Shown here piece by piece: positions 62,236 to 64,000 of a stretch of 64,000 nt of DNA (position 1 is its first letter; every line of letters begins with the position of its first letter). The stretch covers positions 22,134,001 to 22,198,000 of the forward strand of contig NC_086381.1 of the NCBI RefSeq assembly GCF_036588685.1. Reading direction: 5' to 3'. The translations under genes were made by a program, and so were the position numbers. The notes under the pieces are model-generated. The model saw nothing but the letters and a program-made list of their open reading frames with translations, was not told the DNA's origin and did no database searches. This DNA comes from Mytilus trossulus (taxonomy: Eukaryota).

Positions 62236-63468
62236 TTAATTTAATTTCCATCCTGCAAATGTTGTCTTTGATCCGTAAGAATCGTTACTTAGAATTTGTG
62301 TAGTGGCTTGACGAAACGAACGAATGAATACGGTGTCACCTTGGTTCAGCGATACGACTAAAGTCCCTGAATCTGAGTCTGTATCGCAGCAGACATTATC
62401 AGTCTCGCCATATGTTCCCCCGTATACTGAATTATTGACTAGAACATTAAAAAATGTCTTTCCATTGTCTCCTGAATAAATTGTCCATGCAAAGACATAC
62501 ACACCTGCTACTGGTGCCGAAAACGCGCCGGTGAATTTGTTGTAAGCATTTCCAATATTAGTTTGGGCGGTATCAAAGACTAGTGTGTGGTGACTGCTCG
62601 GATTGTCCTCATTTTTTGACATGTAAGCAGAGAATGCCACAACTCCAAGATCACTGGCCGGCACTGTGCTTATATCCTGGAGTGTTGTATCTGAAACAAA
62701 GATGATACAAATAAGATTATAAAATTTCTTCAATATGAAGATTCAATCGAGTAGAAAAATCTCCGGTTATTCAAATCTTACAGAAACTAGTAAGTTAAGA
62801 TGACAAAAAAGTGCCGTTAATTAAAAGGGGGTATTGGCAATACATTTTACTACATGATTTAACATAAAAATAACATAAAGATAATATAGTTAATTGATAC
62901 ACTTGCGTCTTTTGTTTGTGTGTATGTGTTTGTGTTGTTTTAGAAACAACTGTATATGTAACCTTTATTATGCCTGCCAAAATTATATACAAAAGAGAGA
63001 AAAAAAATTCCGAAAAAAGTATAAACACAACAAAGAAAAATTAGAAAGATTTGCTAGGATTTGTATCATAGTTAAAAATACTTCTATTAAGAAAACAATA
63101 CTTTTTTGTCTTCTAAAATAAAATTAGTATAACACAAAAATAAATGATCATGTGTGCTAACCTTTAACATTTGTGGTTTGTTTTGGATTTCCAGCTCTCT
63201 TCGGTAAAATGCCCTTATCTGCGGAGCCTTCAGCTGTAAAATGGGTATGGTCTATTCTGGAATCAATTTCCTTTAATTTATCTACATCCTTTCTTAGCAG
63301 TATGTTTTCCGCTCTAAGTGATTTATTGTCGTTTTGTAGTTTCAGGATTTGGGATTGCTGCTGTTTCAGTATCTCGTGTATTTTGCGTATTTCTTCTACA
63401 GTATCACTTGCTAACACCGAATACGAAAGCAATACGAACATAAATATCATAAACATTCTCGATTCCAT
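62236..63468 (-). CDS. Secreted C1q-domain-containing protein (signal peptide, coiled coil, gC1q); 2 coding exons, 253 aa
   Basis: Exons 63468-63162 and 62690-62236 joined by a phase-1 GT-AG intron. Signal MESRMFMIFMFVLLSYSVLA; heptad region IHEILKQQQSQILKLQNDNKSLRAEN; gC1q motifs VAFSA, LVFD...NIGNAY...TGAFSAPVAGVYVF, LNQGDTV and TFAGWKL. Confidence 0.92.
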
Positions 63469-63721
63469 TTTACTTCTAAACATGCAGAAGTGTTGAGATA
63501 AGATAAACGTACACAATTATTATCTTACATGACCCTGAACAGAAACAGAACACCACCATGGTCAACCACATTGGAAGTATTTGATTACAAATTTATACAG
63601 ATCTTTACATTATATATTAGTTTACAATGACACATTTATTGATATTGTATATATAACTTACTTGTCCATGTTACTAAATTTTGTCGGAAGCTGAAACTGA
63701 AAAAGTGTGTTTATATATTTA

Positions 63722-64000
63722 TAGATTATCGGTGATCATCTCAACGAGATTGATTTTCTCGCTTGAGCCGGGACGGCGAAAGCGAGAAACGGAATCGAGT
63801 TGAGATGAACAGTGATAATCTTTTTATCGCTATTTTACCTATGACGACGCTGTCAATTTCGTGTCAATTTCTTGTCAATTTCGTTAGTAACGCCACGTGC
63901 ATGCTTAGTTACTGGCGATAATTTTTCCATCTCAGGCGAGTAGCATGATATGAAAATTATCACAAAAAAAGATCAAAGGAAAAATGCACAAAATAGCGAT
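63722..64000. mobile_element. Hairpin-type non-autonomous element at the window edge
   Basis: GATTATC..TGATCATCTCAAC...TTTCTCGCTT / AAGCGAGAAA...GTTGAGATGAACAGTGATAATC, then ATCGCTATTTT ... AAAATAGCGAT. Confidence 0.6.

Noticed and set aside
27463-63468. Kinase-NUDIX, NRT2 pair and C1qDC as one functional cluster
   Set aside because: Adjacency in an animal genome is weak evidence; orientations differ and no shared regulatory element was seen.

Overview
AT-rich, intron-containing animal genomic DNA. The repeat families, C1q-domain gene and NRT2 genes point to a bivalve mollusc, probably Mytilus (inference). Five protein-coding genes can be reconstructed. (1) A 12-coding-exon PRAS40/AKT1S1 (Lobe) orthologue, 9854-19989 +, 374 aa, with an N-terminal Cys domain. 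(2) A single-ORF 705-aa gene, 27463-29580 -, fusing an intact protein kinase to a divergent NUDIX-like domain; this is the best novelty candidate. (3,4) Two tandem 3-exon NRT2/NarK-family nitrate/nitrite transporter paralogues, 40857-45537 and 54871-57972 +; the second has an Arg inside the nitrate signature. (5) A secreted coiled-coil plus C1q protein, 62236-63468 -. Mobile DNA includes a decayed CR1-group LINE with a 2A-like motif, PHD, APE and RT; a MULE deletion derivative with a 9-bp TSD; Helentron-type non-autonomous elements; a 781-bp foldback element with an 8-bp TSD; several MITEs; Penelope-like RT 3' fragments; degenerate type I hammerhead/retrozyme relics; and a near-perfect 4x585-bp tandem array with ABAB structure upstream of the kinase-NUDIX gene. 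No rRNA, tRNA or CRISPR array was seen. All assignments come from reading the sequence by eye; no database search was run.
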